Below, piece after piece: positions 50,425-60,529 of a stretch of DNA of 64,000 nt. The position numbers and the translations under genes are program-made. How positions within the stretch are numbered: position 1 is the first letter of the stretch; each line of letters opens with the position of its first letter. The notes beneath the pieces are model-generated. The model was not told where the DNA came from. It was given only the letters and a program-made list of their open reading frames with translations, and searched no databases. The stretch is from Bacteroidales bacterium (GTDB lineage: Bacteria > Bacteroidota > Bacteroidia > Bacteroidales > Muribaculaceae): contig DXXM01000012.1 of NCBI GenBank assembly GCA_019416285.1, positions 12,360-76,359 of the forward strand. The letters are read 5' to 3'.

Positions 50425-51597
50425 TTACCGGGCCATGAGTTCGCTGATTTTGGCGGCAAGATCCTCTCCGCGGAGATTTTCGGCTACGAGACGCCCCTCG
50501 GAGTCGATAATGTACATTGTCGGGACTGCGCTTACTTTGTATTTATCGGCGATAGAGTGGTCCGTGTCGCGGATATTTACCCATTCGAGTCCTTCATTTT
50601 TAACAGCGTTGAGCCAGGGCTTTTCCTCTTTGTCGATTGATATGCTGATTATATCGAAGCCCTTGCCGGCATGGTCAGCGTAGATTGCCTTGAGGTTCGG
50701 AATCTCACGGCGGCAGGGACCGCACCAGGAAGCCCAGAAGTCAAGGATGACGTACTTTTTATCCTTGCAGAGTTCGGCAAGGTTTGTCTTTGTGCCGTCG
50801 ATTGTCACGGCCTCGAATTCGGGCATCTTGTCGCCGGGACGTCCCACAGGATAGAGCTCTTCGGCTACGAGGCGTCCGTAGTAGCTGTTTTTGGCGTTGT
50901 CGCCGAGACTTTCGAAAAGCTCGCGTTGACGTGCGTCAAGATAGCTGGTCTGCGAAATCATCAGGAGCGGACCCCAGAAGCTGTCGCTGTTTTCTCTTAC
51001 AGAGGCCGTGAAATTTGAATCGAGAGCCGCGAAGAGATATTTTTCGTTGGCTGCCATCGCTTTATAGGTGTCTGTGGCGTGGATTGAGTCGAGCCGATTC
51101 TGATTTTTTTCGGTATAGGCCTTGTTAGCCTCGGCCATAAGCTGACTGTAGGTCTCGTAGTGGAGATTGAAGAGGGAATCAAGACGGTGACGTCCGGCCA
51201 TCTTGATGTTGAGAGTATCGGTGAGGGGAGAACCGCTGATCTGAACATTATCGAAGTTGAACCGGAGTTTTCCGTCCTGTGAGTCGCTGCTGGCAGCGGT
51301 GCCGGATATGGTGATGTCAGCGTTTTCGAGCATGAAAGTCTTGTAGCCGTAGTGACCGTTGACGAGGAGGAGCACTGCTCGCGGCTCCTCGGCCACACCG
51401 GTGATTGTGAAGTTTCCGTCAGTAACGAGCGCTTGGCCGATAGTGTCGGAAGAGGTGTGGGAGAGTTCGGTCAGAATCACGGTCGAACTGTCGGGAAGGC
51501 CTTCGATATGGCCGCTGATGGTGTAGGAATCTTTCTGCGAGCTGCCGCAGGATGCGAGCATGAGCGGAAGCAGGGCTGCTGTTAGAATCTTTTTCAT
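50425..51597 (-). CDS. TlpA-like thiol:disulfide oxidoreductase lipoprotein (DUF4369-like + thioredoxin fold)
   Basis: Lipobox LASC; LDFWASWCGPCRREIP, VPTMYIID. Confidence 0.92.
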   Translation of the reverse strand: MKKILTAALLPLMLASCGSSQKDSYTISGHIEGLPDSSTVILTELSHTSSDTIGQALVTDGNFTITGVAEEPRAVLLLVNGHYGYKTFMLENADITISGTAASSDSQDGKLRFNFDNVQISGSPLTDTLNIKMAGRHRLDSLFNLHYETYSQLMAEANKAYTEKNQNRLDSIHATDTYKAMAANEKYLFAALDSNFTASVRENSDSFWGPLLMISQTSYLDARQRELFESLGDNAKNSYYGRLVAEELYPVGRPGDKMPEFEAVTIDGTKTNLAELCKDKKYVILDFWASWCGPCRREIPNLKAIYADHAGKGFDIISISIDKEEKPWLNAVKNEGLEWVNIRDTDHSIADKYKVSAVPTMYIIDSEGRLVAENLRGEDLAAKISELMAR

Positions 51598-51620
51598 TTA
51601 TTGTAGAATTAGGTTAACTG

Positions 51621-53030
51621 TTATTTGCTGTTTTGGGTAAGGACGCCGTTGCCGGGGCGGTTGATGGCGTTTGCGGGGAATACCATGGTCCAGAGGTGTG
51701 AGTCGGGGCGCAGGGTGTAGGTCTTGCCGTCGAACTCTTTGGTGAGAGTGCGGGCGTATGTTCCCTCGGCATTGTAGCGCTTGTGGTCGACGAAGGGGAT
51801 GAGGGTATTTATCATCTCATTATCTTTCGTGCGGCGGATAAGCTCTATGGCCTGCGCCTCGGTCGAGGCTGTTGAGGACTGGAAACAGTCGGGGTGTATG
51901 CGCGACGCGCGGACCTTGTCAAGAGTGGCCATTGCGTTGCTGATCTGACCCTTGCGTGCCTGGCACTCGGCTTTGATGAGATAGACTTCGGGAGTGGCGA
52001 TGCCGGCGAGATTATAGTAGCCGGTGAGCATGCCGCGGTAGTATGTGTCGGTGGCCGACTGGTATTTCTTGAAACGGACCAGGAACTTCATGTCGCCCTC
52101 CTCGAAACGCGATGCGCGCTCCTCGGAGATGTCGATGTCGCCTGAGGGGTAGTTGGGGTTGCCGTTGCCCGAGCAGAACCACAGGTTTTCCACCGAGGTG
52201 TGTGCCATCGGCGAGGTGATACGGGTGTAGTCATCGGGGTTTTCGATACGTGAGAGGTTTTCATTGTAGTAACTCAGCCAGTCGAAGAGGCGGTCGTTGC
52301 GCGAGAGGGCGGCTTCGGCGTGGGTGAGGGCAGCGTCATAGTCGCGCATTGAGAGATACACACGGGCGAGACCGGCCTCGACTGCCGCACGTGAGGGATG
52401 GATGACGGTCATGGCTGTCTCGGGGATGCCGAGCTCGATTGCGGTGCTGAAATCGGAGATTACCTGGTCGTAGACCTCTTTGACTGTGCCCTGATGCCAG
52501 GGAGCGCCGAGCGCCCCGCTGTAGATCAGAGGTATGCCGGGGGTGGTGGCAGCCTTGTCGGGGGTATAGGCGTCGGCGTAGTAGTTGACGATATGGAAGA
52601 GGATGAAGGCGCGGATAGCGTAGGCGTATGCCATCACCTCGTTCTTCTCAGCCTGGGTCGCCTGGGTTGCGGAGGGTACTTCCTCTATGATGGTGTTGCA
52701 GATGCCGATGATGCCGTAGCCGTTGTCGAACACACCCTCGGTGGATGCGTTGAGTTCGGTGCGGTCGCGGTCCTCTTTCCACATATAGTTGGCGGTGTTG
52801 AGGTTGTCGACGTTGCGGCAGTTATTCTGACCGATGAAGCGGTCGTTGATGAGATACTGGTCCTGCGTGCCGTAGATATAGTTGGCGGAGTATTCGTTGC
52901 GCAGCAGGGCCTCATAGTCGGCGAGGGTTGTCGGGATTCTCTGTCCCTTGGGCATTACGTCGATATAGTTGTCGCAGCCGGTCAGGACAAAAGCCATGAG
53001 CATCAGGGCCACTGATATATATTTTTTCAT
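51621..53030 (-). CDS. susD: SusD/RagB-family lipoprotein
   Basis: Lipobox LTGC, AYAIRAF, LARVYL, EVYLIKAE; directly downstream of susC. Confidence 0.9.
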   Translation of the reverse strand: MKKYISVALMLMAFVLTGCDNYIDVMPKGQRIPTTLADYEALLRNEYSANYIYGTQDQYLINDRFIGQNNCRNVDNLNTANYMWKEDRDRTELNASTEGVFDNGYGIIGICNTIIEEVPSATQATQAEKNEVMAYAYAIRAFILFHIVNYYADAYTPDKAATTPGIPLIYSGALGAPWHQGTVKEVYDQVISDFSTAIELGIPETAMTVIHPSRAAVEAGLARVYLSMRDYDAALTHAEAALSRNDRLFDWLSYYNENLSRIENPDDYTRITSPMAHTSVENLWFCSGNGNPNYPSGDIDISEERASRFEEGDMKFLVRFKKYQSATDTYYRGMLTGYYNLAGIATPEVYLIKAECQARKGQISNAMATLDKVRASRIHPDCFQSSTASTEAQAIELIRRTKDNEMINTLIPFVDHKRYNAEGTYARTLTKEFDGKTYTLRPDSHLWTMVFPANAINRPGNGVLTQNSK

Positions 53031-53044
53031 AACTTAGTCAGAGA

Positions 53045-56000
53045 TTAGAAGTTAAGATTGAGCGAAAGTGTATAGGTCGGATTGTTGTAGCCGCCGAGCA
53101 TGTATTTCACATCCTTTGATCTGGCGAAAGTTGCCACATTCTCGACCGCGAACATAAGACGGGCTTCGCGTGCATAGAATTTCGAGCACCAGAGGCGCGG
53201 AACATTGTAGGTGAGGGAAATGTTGCGCAGGCGGAGATTGGTAGCGTCGCGGATTACGGCCGAGGAACGTGAGTAGAGGTCCATGTTGCAGTACAGGTCG
53301 GGATTTTCGTCAGCGACGTAGCGGGGCACGTCGGTATGGTTCTCATCGCCGGGCTGCTGCCAGCGGTCGTAGTAGGTGAAGTAATCGGAGCGCATCTTGT
53401 GGCCGCCTTCGAAGAGGAAGAGAGCCGAGAAGGTGAGGTCGCGCCAGCGGAGGGCGGTGGAAAGCGAGCCGCTGTAGGTCGGGGTATAGGAGCCGAGATA
53501 GACGATGTCATCAAGACTGGTGGGAGTGCTCTGAGTGCAGAGATTGCCTTCGGAATCGTAGACCTGCGGAAGACCTTCGGCGGTCAGTCCGGCCCATTTA
53601 TAGCCGTAGAGGGCGGTGTAGGGATTGCCTACTCGGGGGAAATCGCCGGGATAGTCGAGCTGGAGGATATAGAAGGGGGCTTCGACGTTGACGTAGTCGA
53701 CTTTAGAGTGATTGTAGCCGATGACGCCCTGCATTGTCCAAGACCAGTCGCGGTTGGTGATGATGGTGCCGTTGAGGTTGAGTTCGAAACCGCGGTTGGT
53801 CATTTCGCCGTTGTTGATGACGTTGGTAGTGAACCCCTGTCCCTCGACGGAGATGCCGTTGGACGAGGCGAGCAGGTCGGTGCCCTTTTTGTTGTAGAAC
53901 TCGACTGCGCCGTTGAGACGGTTGGAGAAGAGGGCGAAGTCGACGCCCACGTTGAATGTGGTGGTCTTTTCCCAGCGGAGTTTCGGATTGGGGCGGGATG
54001 AGAGTGAGCCCTGGATGCCGCCGACACCGGGATGGGTGTTGGTGCCGTAGTAGGCCACGGTGTAGGGCCAGCGGTTTTTGGCGATGTTACCGCCGATACC
54101 GTAGGACATACGGAGCTTGAGCATGTTTACCCAGCGGGCTGTGAAGAATTTCTCCTGGTCGATGCGCCATGCCGCGCCGGTTGACCAGATGGGTTTGCCC
54201 TGATATTTGCTGCTGGTGCCGTAAAGGTTTGTGCGGTCCGTGCGGATGGAGCCGTTGATCATGTAGCGGTTGTCGAATGAGTATGCGGCGTTGGCGTAGA
54301 ATGAGATGAAGCGGTTTGTGAGCTCGTTTATGGAAGCGAAATCACTGCTGCTGATCCACGGGCGTCCGAAGATGGCTCCCGAGAAAGACTGAAGTGTTGT
54401 CTGATCGACAGTGGTCCATTGGAGGAGCTGGTCGTCGTAGCCGTAGAAAATGTTGTTTTCGTAGCGGGTTTTGTTGTGGCGCAGCTCGATACCGGCGATG
54501 GCGGTAACGTCGTGGACGCCGGCGAATGTCTTGTTGAAGTCGAGCTGGTTGCGGAAGTTGTAGGCGCGGAGGTCGTTGGTGCTGTGCTCGTATATGTCGC
54601 CGTAGGGGATGTTGAAGGTCGGATTCACGCCGTCGGTCGAGGATGCGAAATTGTTGACCTTGTTGCGTACCGAATAGGTCTCCTTTTCGGAGATTCTCTT
54701 GTATTGGTAGTTGCCGAACTCATACTGGAACTGGGTGGTGAAGCGGAGCCAGTCTGTGAAGCGGAAGTTGAGACGCGCGTAGATGCGGGTGAGGAGGTCG
54801 CTGTTGACGGGGTTTGAGCGTCCGAGCTCGTCCATCGGGTCGATATCCTCGTTGTAGAGACCGTATTTCTCAATAGCTGCGAGACGGGAAGCGTCGAGGC
54901 GGTCTTCCTGGCGGCTGACGATTGTCGAGCCGTCCTCATTGTAGAAACTCATGTAAGGGGCGGTGGAGAAACCCGGAGAGGAAAGCGTATAGCCTTCGGT
55001 CTGGCTTTTCTTGTAGTTGACGTATGCGCCGAGGTCGACGGTGAGCCATTTGGTCATGTTGAGGGAGTTGCGCAGGGAGATGTCGACGCCTTCGCTGTAG
55101 GAATAGCGTGAAGTCTGATTGTCGCGGTGGTATGCGATGGTTCCGACGATGCTGTTGCGGTCGTTGGAAGATGACACGGAGAGATTATAGCGCTGGGTGG
55201 TGGCGTCACGGCGGTCAATGGCATCGGTCTCGTCATACCAGCGGTAGCCCTGTGCCGCCCAGTTGTCGAGCATGGAGTTGAGCTGCTGTTCAGAGAGCTG
55301 ACCTGCATAGCGCTGATAGATTGCCTTGTAGTGAGGGAGAAGACCGCTGGAGGTCTTGAGCATGTTTTTGGCATAGGAAGCGGCGTCTGGACCGGAGAAG
55401 TTGGGGTTCTGCGCCATCCAGTCGCGTGCGGTGTCTATTGTCTCGCGTGCGTCGGGGAGGTAGGTTCTGACGCGCTTGTAGGGCTGGACGGAGAATGTGG
55501 CTGAGCCTGACACGCTGACTGTGCCCTTCTGAGCCTTCCTGGTGGTGATGACGATGACGCCGTTGGCTGCGCGGGCACCATATATAGATGTGGCGGCGGC
55601 ATCCTTGAGTACTGTTATGCTCTCGATGTCATCGACATTGATGTCGGGGACGCTTTCCTCGAAGCCTCCGCCTGCGTATGTCACCTCAGTACGCTCGACG
55701 GGAAAGCCGTCGATGACGTAGAGCGGAGTTGTCATGCCGAGCATTGAGGTTGTGCCGCGGATCTTACCGTCGGTATAGCCGGCTATGTGGCCTTCGAGCA
55801 TGTCGCCGACAGAATTTATGCGCATGCTTTCGAGCTGCTCCCGGTCCACCTTGGCAAAGGAACCGGTGGTGCGTTCTTTCGAGAGAGTCTGATAGCCTGT
55901 CACAACCACTTCATCGAGCATTTCCTCGTCGGGATTAAGCACGATGCGGTAGCTGTCGCCTGTGCCGAGTTTTATTTTCCTGATGGAGTAACCGAGGAAA

Positions 56001-56245
56001 TAGGCTTCGATTTCCTTAGTGTCCGGATGCACATTCAGAGAGAAATGGCCGTGAAGGTCGGTTATGACCATCGCCACTGATCGGTCCGGATTCAGAGAGA
56101 CTTCGCGGACAGTCGCGCCGGCAAGCGGCTCATCGTTTTCATCAACCACTATGCCGGATATGGTTCGGGCGCCAGCGGCGAGGGCTATGAGCAGGAACAA
56201 TGCAGTCATGAACCCCCGATGGATAAGGTCGGTTAAAATTTTCAT
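53045..56245 (-). CDS. susC: SusC/RagA-family TonB-dependent transporter
   Basis: LDEVVVTGYQ, PLYVIDG, VLKDAAATSIYGARAANGVIVITT, NPKLRWEKT, C-terminal LNLNF. Confidence 0.95.
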   Translation of the reverse strand: MKILTDLIHRGFMTALFLLIALAAGARTISGIVVDENDEPLAGATVREVSLNPDRSVAMVITDLHGHFSLNVHPDTKEIEAYFLGYSIRKIKLGTGDSYRIVLNPDEEMLDEVVVTGYQTLSKERTTGSFAKVDREQLESMRINSVGDMLEGHIAGYTDGKIRGTTSMLGMTTPLYVIDGFPVERTEVTYAGGGFEESVPDINVDDIESITVLKDAAATSIYGARAANGVIVITTRKAQKGTVSVSGSATFSVQPYKRVRTYLPDARETIDTARDWMAQNPNFSGPDAASYAKNMLKTSSGLLPHYKAIYQRYAGQLSEQQLNSMLDNWAAQGYRWYDETDAIDRRDATTQRYNLSVSSSNDRNSIVGTIAYHRDNQTSRYSYSEGVDISLRNSLNMTKWLTVDLGAYVNYKKSQTEGYTLSSPGFSTAPYMSFYNEDGSTIVSRQEDRLDASRLAAIEKYGLYNEDIDPMDELGRSNPVNSDLLTRIYARLNFRFTDWLRFTTQFQYEFGNYQYKRISEKETYSVRNKVNNFASSTDGVNPTFNIPYGDIYEHSTNDLRAYNFRNQLDFNKTFAGVHDVTAIAGIELRHNKTRYENNIFYGYDDQLLQWTTVDQTTLQSFSGAIFGRPWISSSDFASINELTNRFISFYANAAYSFDNRYMINGSIRTDRTNLYGTSSKYQGKPIWSTGAAWRIDQEKFFTARWVNMLKLRMSYGIGGNIAKNRWPYTVAYYGTNTHPGVGGIQGSLSSRPNPKLRWEKTTTFNVGVDFALFSNRLNGAVEFYNKKGTDLLASSNGISVEGQGFTTNVINNGEMTNRGFELNLNGTIITNRDWSWTMQGVIGYNHSKVDYVNVEAPFYILQLDYPGDFPRVGNPYTALYGYKWAGLTAEGLPQVYDSEGNLCTQSTPTSLDDIVYLGSYTPTYSGSLSTALRWRDLTFSALFLFEGGHKMRSDYFTYYDRWQQPGDENHTDVPRYVADENPDLYCNMDLYSRSSAVIRDATNLRLRNISLTYNVPRLWCSKFYAREARLMFAVENVATFARSKDVKYMLGGYNNPTYTLSLNLNF

Positions 56246-56302
56246 GAATGGATAATGATTGGTTAATGTTGTTTTTGCAAATTAATGTCAAAAGGATGAA
56301 AT

Positions 56303-56343
56303 AATGGCAAAATTTCCGATACAATAACGGAAATTTTGCCATT
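56303..56343. promoter_or_regulatory. Perfect 16-bp inverted repeat upstream of susC (operator or terminator)
   Basis: AATGGCAAAATTTCCG-N9-CGGAAATTTTGCCATT. Confidence 0.6.
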
Positions 56344-56410
56344 TATGAAATATTTTGTTCGGTTTTCGGGTGATTTTGTTAGAATCTGTAAGGAAACAAC
56401 AAGCTGAAAG

Positions 56411-58279
56411 TCATGATTTGTCAGCAGGCTTCATGTCGCGTGCCTTTGCTCTGAAAGCGGCCGGGGTGAGGCCGGTGGCCTCATTGAATTTTGTGTAGAA
56501 GGTGGTCATGGAGTTGTAGCCGAGTTCATCGGCGAGAGCCTTGAGAGGTGTGTCGCAGCCGGGATCCGAGAGGCGGCGTATTGCCTCCTTGATGCGGAGA
56601 CTGTTGATGAACTGTGGGAATGACATGTGGTAGACTTCGTTGACCAGGCGGGAAACGTAGGTACGGTTTGTGTCAAGCAGACGGGCTATTTTGTCTTTTG
56701 AAATAAGATTGTCGGTGTAGATGGCAGGGTCGAGCATCAGACTTTCGAAGGCGGCGGAGAGATGGTCGGGAATCGGCGATTTCGAAGGCTGGCGCACAGT
56801 GGTTTTGTCGTTTTCATTTTCTTCCGGATTGCTTTCGCCGTTGACAGGGATAGTATCTGCAGCGGAACCGGGAGTGTCAGGAAGGGCGGAATCTGAGGGA
56901 GCTGCCGATTCATTGTGGCCCTGAAGTTCAAGGCGTCTGATGGTGGCGCGCAGGCGCTCTTCCTCGCGGGCAGCTTCGGTGGCCTGGCGGACGATGGCCG
57001 AGTAGAGACGGCTCTTGCGGCGATAGAGCCAGATGAAACTTCCGGAGAGGATAAGGGCGCAGACAATGAGAACAATCAGAAAATCGACCGTGCGCTCTTT
57101 TTCGAGCAGTTCAATCTGCTGACGGTTTACCTCATTGTCCGCTCTCTCAAGGTCATATTTACTTTTAATGTGTTCGATGAGAAGTTCTTTCTCCGCCTTT
57201 TCATCGTCATGGTCCTCGGCGAGAGCCATGCGTGAATATGCGTCCGCGCTGGCTGTGTTGCCGAGAGCGCGGTGTGTTGCTGAGAGCGCTCTGAGAATGT
57301 CGGAACGGAAGATAGTCGAGTGGCCTGCATCGGTTATGCGCAGGGCAGAGTCAAGGATGGCGACGGCGTGAGCCTTCCGGCCGGCGGCAAGGAGGATGCG
57401 GGAGTATTCGATATGGCTTCTGATATCGCCTTCATTGTTGTTGTGTCTGAGACTGTCGATTGACTGTCGGAAACATTCTGCTGCCTCGTCGTTGCGACCA
57501 TCCTGACGGAGTAAGAGCCCGTAGATATAATAGAGTTCTGATGCGCCACGGATGGAATCAGAGTGGAGTATGAGCTCAGCCTCCCGGATATAATCGAGGG
57601 CCCTGGAGGTATCGGTATTGCGCAGTGCGTAGGAATAGGCAGCTGTCAGGGCGCCGACATAACGCAGGAAGCTGTCGGATTTTTTGATGCCGTGGCGGTA
57701 ACATTCGAGTGCATAGCGCAGGCCCGCCGGGTCGTTGTTGAGAGTATATATCGAGGCTATGTTGACAAGGAGCAGAGAGTGGAGACGCTCGTTGTTGGAG
57801 CGCTTGGCGGCGTCGATTCCGAGGAAGAAGTAGCGCAGGGCTTCGGGGAAATCTTTTTCTATGTTTGACGCATAGAGTCCGAGACCGTTGTAGGCCGAGG
57901 CGAGGGCGGAGTCGTTGGACGCCTTGAGACAGAGGAGTTCGGCTTCGTGGAGATGGGGATAACTTTTGTCGACGCTGTCGCTGAACAGATAGCCCTGGCC
58001 GAGTATGATATTGCCGTAGATAGCGGCTTTGCCGGATACCTCTCCGGAGCGGGAGGCGGAAATTTCGAGCAGACGGCGTCCGCAGGCAACGGCGTTGTTG
58101 AAATCTGCCTTGTTGAGAGCCTTGAGGCCGTCGGCCCAGAGCATCTCGACTTCCGGAGCGTTATGCCGCTGATTCCTCCTGTTGTCCACGGAGCTTTCAT
58201 CACCGCCATCGGCACATGCGGAGAAAAGGAAGATGGCGAGTGTAATCGCAAGGAGTTGTATTGTGTGTCGGAGTGTCAT
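56411..58279 (-). CDS. Membrane-spanning AraC-family regulator with TPR-like sensor region
   Basis: Signal/lipobox FSAC, TPR-like helices (SAYNGLG), TM segment, TNRTYVS...FINSLRIKEA...LGYNSMTTFY...TGLTP. Confidence 0.9.
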   Translation of the reverse strand: MTLRHTIQLLAITLAIFLFSACADGGDESSVDNRRNQRHNAPEVEMLWADGLKALNKADFNNAVACGRRLLEISASRSGEVSGKAAIYGNIILGQGYLFSDSVDKSYPHLHEAELLCLKASNDSALASAYNGLGLYASNIEKDFPEALRYFFLGIDAAKRSNNERLHSLLLVNIASIYTLNNDPAGLRYALECYRHGIKKSDSFLRYVGALTAAYSYALRNTDTSRALDYIREAELILHSDSIRGASELYYIYGLLLRQDGRNDEAAECFRQSIDSLRHNNNEGDIRSHIEYSRILLAAGRKAHAVAILDSALRITDAGHSTIFRSDILRALSATHRALGNTASADAYSRMALAEDHDDEKAEKELLIEHIKSKYDLERADNEVNRQQIELLEKERTVDFLIVLIVCALILSGSFIWLYRRKSRLYSAIVRQATEAAREEERLRATIRRLELQGHNESAAPSDSALPDTPGSAADTIPVNGESNPEENENDKTTVRQPSKSPIPDHLSAAFESLMLDPAIYTDNLISKDKIARLLDTNRTYVSRLVNEVYHMSFPQFINSLRIKEAIRRLSDPGCDTPLKALADELGYNSMTTFYTKFNEATGLTPAAFRAKARDMKPADKS

Positions 58280-58290
58280 TTTCTGATTGG

Positions 58291-58333
58291 CAAAAAGCAG
58301 GCGTACACTCCGAAAAGTAGAGTGTACGCCTGC
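58291..58333 (-). terminator. Intrinsic terminator of the padR operon
   Basis: GCAGGCGTACACTC-N9-GAGTGTACGCCTGC with TTTTT on the minus strand. Confidence 0.8.
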
Positions 58334-58411
58334 AAATATACGGAATTTAATGTTTGTTTGAAGTTAAACGTAAGTTTTTAACAATTATTAAAACGTTTTG
58401 CGACATTACGC

Positions 58412-60514
58412 CTATCTCCCTGCGGCTGTGGACTGCTGGACGTCGGAATCTGCATTGATGAGTTTGTCGGCGCCGCGTTTCTGATGACCCCAGTTGAGGT
58501 TGTAGGCGATTTTTATGAAGGGGAGGCGCTCGATGGCGCGGGTGCGCATGGTGTAATGGTTGGTGTTGTAGCGGTTGAGTGATTCTGAGCCCTGTCCGTA
58601 GTGGCCGAATGGCATCATTATGCCTGCGGTGTATTCAAAGCCCTTGTGACGGTAGCTCAGGGTGGCGATGTTGAATTTCTCGCCGGTAGTGATGGTTTCG
58701 CCGGAGAGTCTAGACCCTCCGTCCTGCCAGGTGAACATGGCCGTGAAGCTCCAGTGGGTTGCCATGACGGTGATGTCGCCGTTCCAGTTGCCGAGCCGGT
58801 GAGAATAGCCTGTGCCGCGGGTGCGGGTTGTGGTGTAGCGCACGGTACCTTGGGCCATGAGCCAGTCGGGGATAATCTCAATCTGCGGCGAGATATAGAA
58901 CTGCCAGTCGGTGCGTCCGCGGGAGTTTTCGAAAGTGGTGACGAGGCGCTCGCCATCCCACGTGAGTGAGGGAGCGATGGCGTGTGGCGCACGCTCGTAG
59001 CGGACGCCGAATGTGCCGCTCACCCTCGGGATGTCGAAGTTGTAGGTGAGGCCCACGCGATAATTCGAATAGGTCGAGAGGTCGGGATTACCTATCTGCC
59101 ACTGGAAGCCGTCGATTTGCTGCGGGGCCTCGTTGGTCTCGCTCAGGGAGGGTGTGGTCTGCCAGCTTGTGAAGTTCAGGCGGAGCTGGTGGGCGCTGTT
59201 GATGCGCCATGCGGCGGAGACACGGGGACGGATGTTCCAGGTGGAGCTTCCCTTGCCGGAGTTTACGGAGCGGATGTCGGTGTACTGGGCGCCTACGCCT
59301 CCGGTAAGGCTCACGCGGCGGATGCGGTGGAAGTATTCGCCGAAGAAATAGATTTTGTCCTGATGCTGACGGAATACCTTGTCGGCGAGGTTGGCATAGG
59401 TCGAGCGGTTGCGCTGGGCGGTATAGGAGGCTCCTGCTGTGAAGCGGGAGGCGTCCCAATGTTTGATATAGTCGGCTTCGGCGGAGATGGTGCGGTTGTT
59501 GTCGCGGATAGATGTGTTTACGTCAGTGTCGGGAGTGTCTGAGACGCTTTCGGTGTAGGAGTGTGAGGAGCGGCCGTTGTAGAGCGAGGCATTGAAGTCG
59601 ACGACTATGGTCTGACGGTGGGGCAGGTGCTGCTCGAGATAGGCGTTGAAGCGGGGAGTGGTGCCGTGGTCATCTTTCATGTCGCGCAGGCGCAGGTCAG
59701 AAGAGCCGTTGCTGAGGCTCATGATGCCTCTGTAGTCCGAGAGGTTGTTGAATTCTCTGAAAGCCGAGAGACTTATCCACACCACGGTCTTGTCGGGGTT
59801 GATATAGCTGTAGTTGAGCCAGGGATTCGCCATCGAGTTTGAGAGTTTGCCCTTGAGCGGTGTCTCGGTGCGGGTGACGGAGGTGCCGTCGGGACCGGTG
59901 AAGGTCTCGCTGTATTCGCGGTAGCCGTCGATACGGTTTGTGAGTTTGAATATTCCGCCGAGCGACCACTGCGAGCGCCCGGAATTGAGCTTGAGGTCGG
60001 CGCCGTAGTTTCCGAAGGCCTGGGTGAGCGTTGGCATTGCCTCAAGCATGAGTGAACCGCCGAGGGTGGGATTGGCCATGATGACGTTGATGACGGCCGG
60101 GGCGTCGCCGTAGCGCAGACCGGGGTTGTCAATCCATTCGATGCGCTTGACCGATGAGGGTTCGAGCGCCTTGAGCTGGTTGATGTCGGCCACGCGGCCG
60201 TTGATGCGTATCTGCACATCCTGGCCGGAGGTGCGGACTGTGCCCATGACCTCGTTGACGGTGAGAGTGGGTATCATGAGGCGGTTGAGAAGTGCCATGC
60301 CGTTCTGAGAGTTCTCAATAGCGCTTTTAGAAGGGTAGAGGACATCCATGTCGGCTTTGCGGACGATGCGCGGGGCCTGGACTACGATCTCACCGAGAGT
60401 CACGCCGGAGGCCAGTGAGTCGGAGGGGATGCTGTCGGGTACGGCGGCAGTTTCCCGGGCCACCGCTGCGAGGGTTGTGGCAGCGATGGCAATCAGGAGT
60501 ATGAATTTTTTCAT
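58412..60514 (-). CDS. Large outer-membrane beta-barrel protein (TonB-dependent receptor-like)
   Basis: Signal peptide, TLGEIVVQA, VKRIEWIDNPGLRY plug-like segment, GNPDL, beta strands. Confidence 0.8.
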   Translation of the reverse strand: MKKFILLIAIAATTLAAVARETAAVPDSIPSDSLASGVTLGEIVVQAPRIVRKADMDVLYPSKSAIENSQNGMALLNRLMIPTLTVNEVMGTVRTSGQDVQIRINGRVADINQLKALEPSSVKRIEWIDNPGLRYGDAPAVINVIMANPTLGGSLMLEAMPTLTQAFGNYGADLKLNSGRSQWSLGGIFKLTNRIDGYREYSETFTGPDGTSVTRTETPLKGKLSNSMANPWLNYSYINPDKTVVWISLSAFREFNNLSDYRGIMSLSNGSSDLRLRDMKDDHGTTPRFNAYLEQHLPHRQTIVVDFNASLYNGRSSHSYTESVSDTPDTDVNTSIRDNNRTISAEADYIKHWDASRFTAGASYTAQRNRSTYANLADKVFRQHQDKIYFFGEYFHRIRRVSLTGGVGAQYTDIRSVNSGKGSSTWNIRPRVSAAWRINSAHQLRLNFTSWQTTPSLSETNEAPQQIDGFQWQIGNPDLSTYSNYRVGLTYNFDIPRVSGTFGVRYERAPHAIAPSLTWDGERLVTTFENSRGRTDWQFYISPQIEIIPDWLMAQGTVRYTTTRTRGTGYSHRLGNWNGDITVMATHWSFTAMFTWQDGGSRLSGETITTGEKFNIATLSYRHKGFEYTAGIMMPFGHYGQGSESLNRYNTNHYTMRTRAIERLPFIKIAYNLNWGHQKRGADKLINADSDVQQSTAAGR

Positions 60515-60529
60515 TTGTGGAAGGAAATG

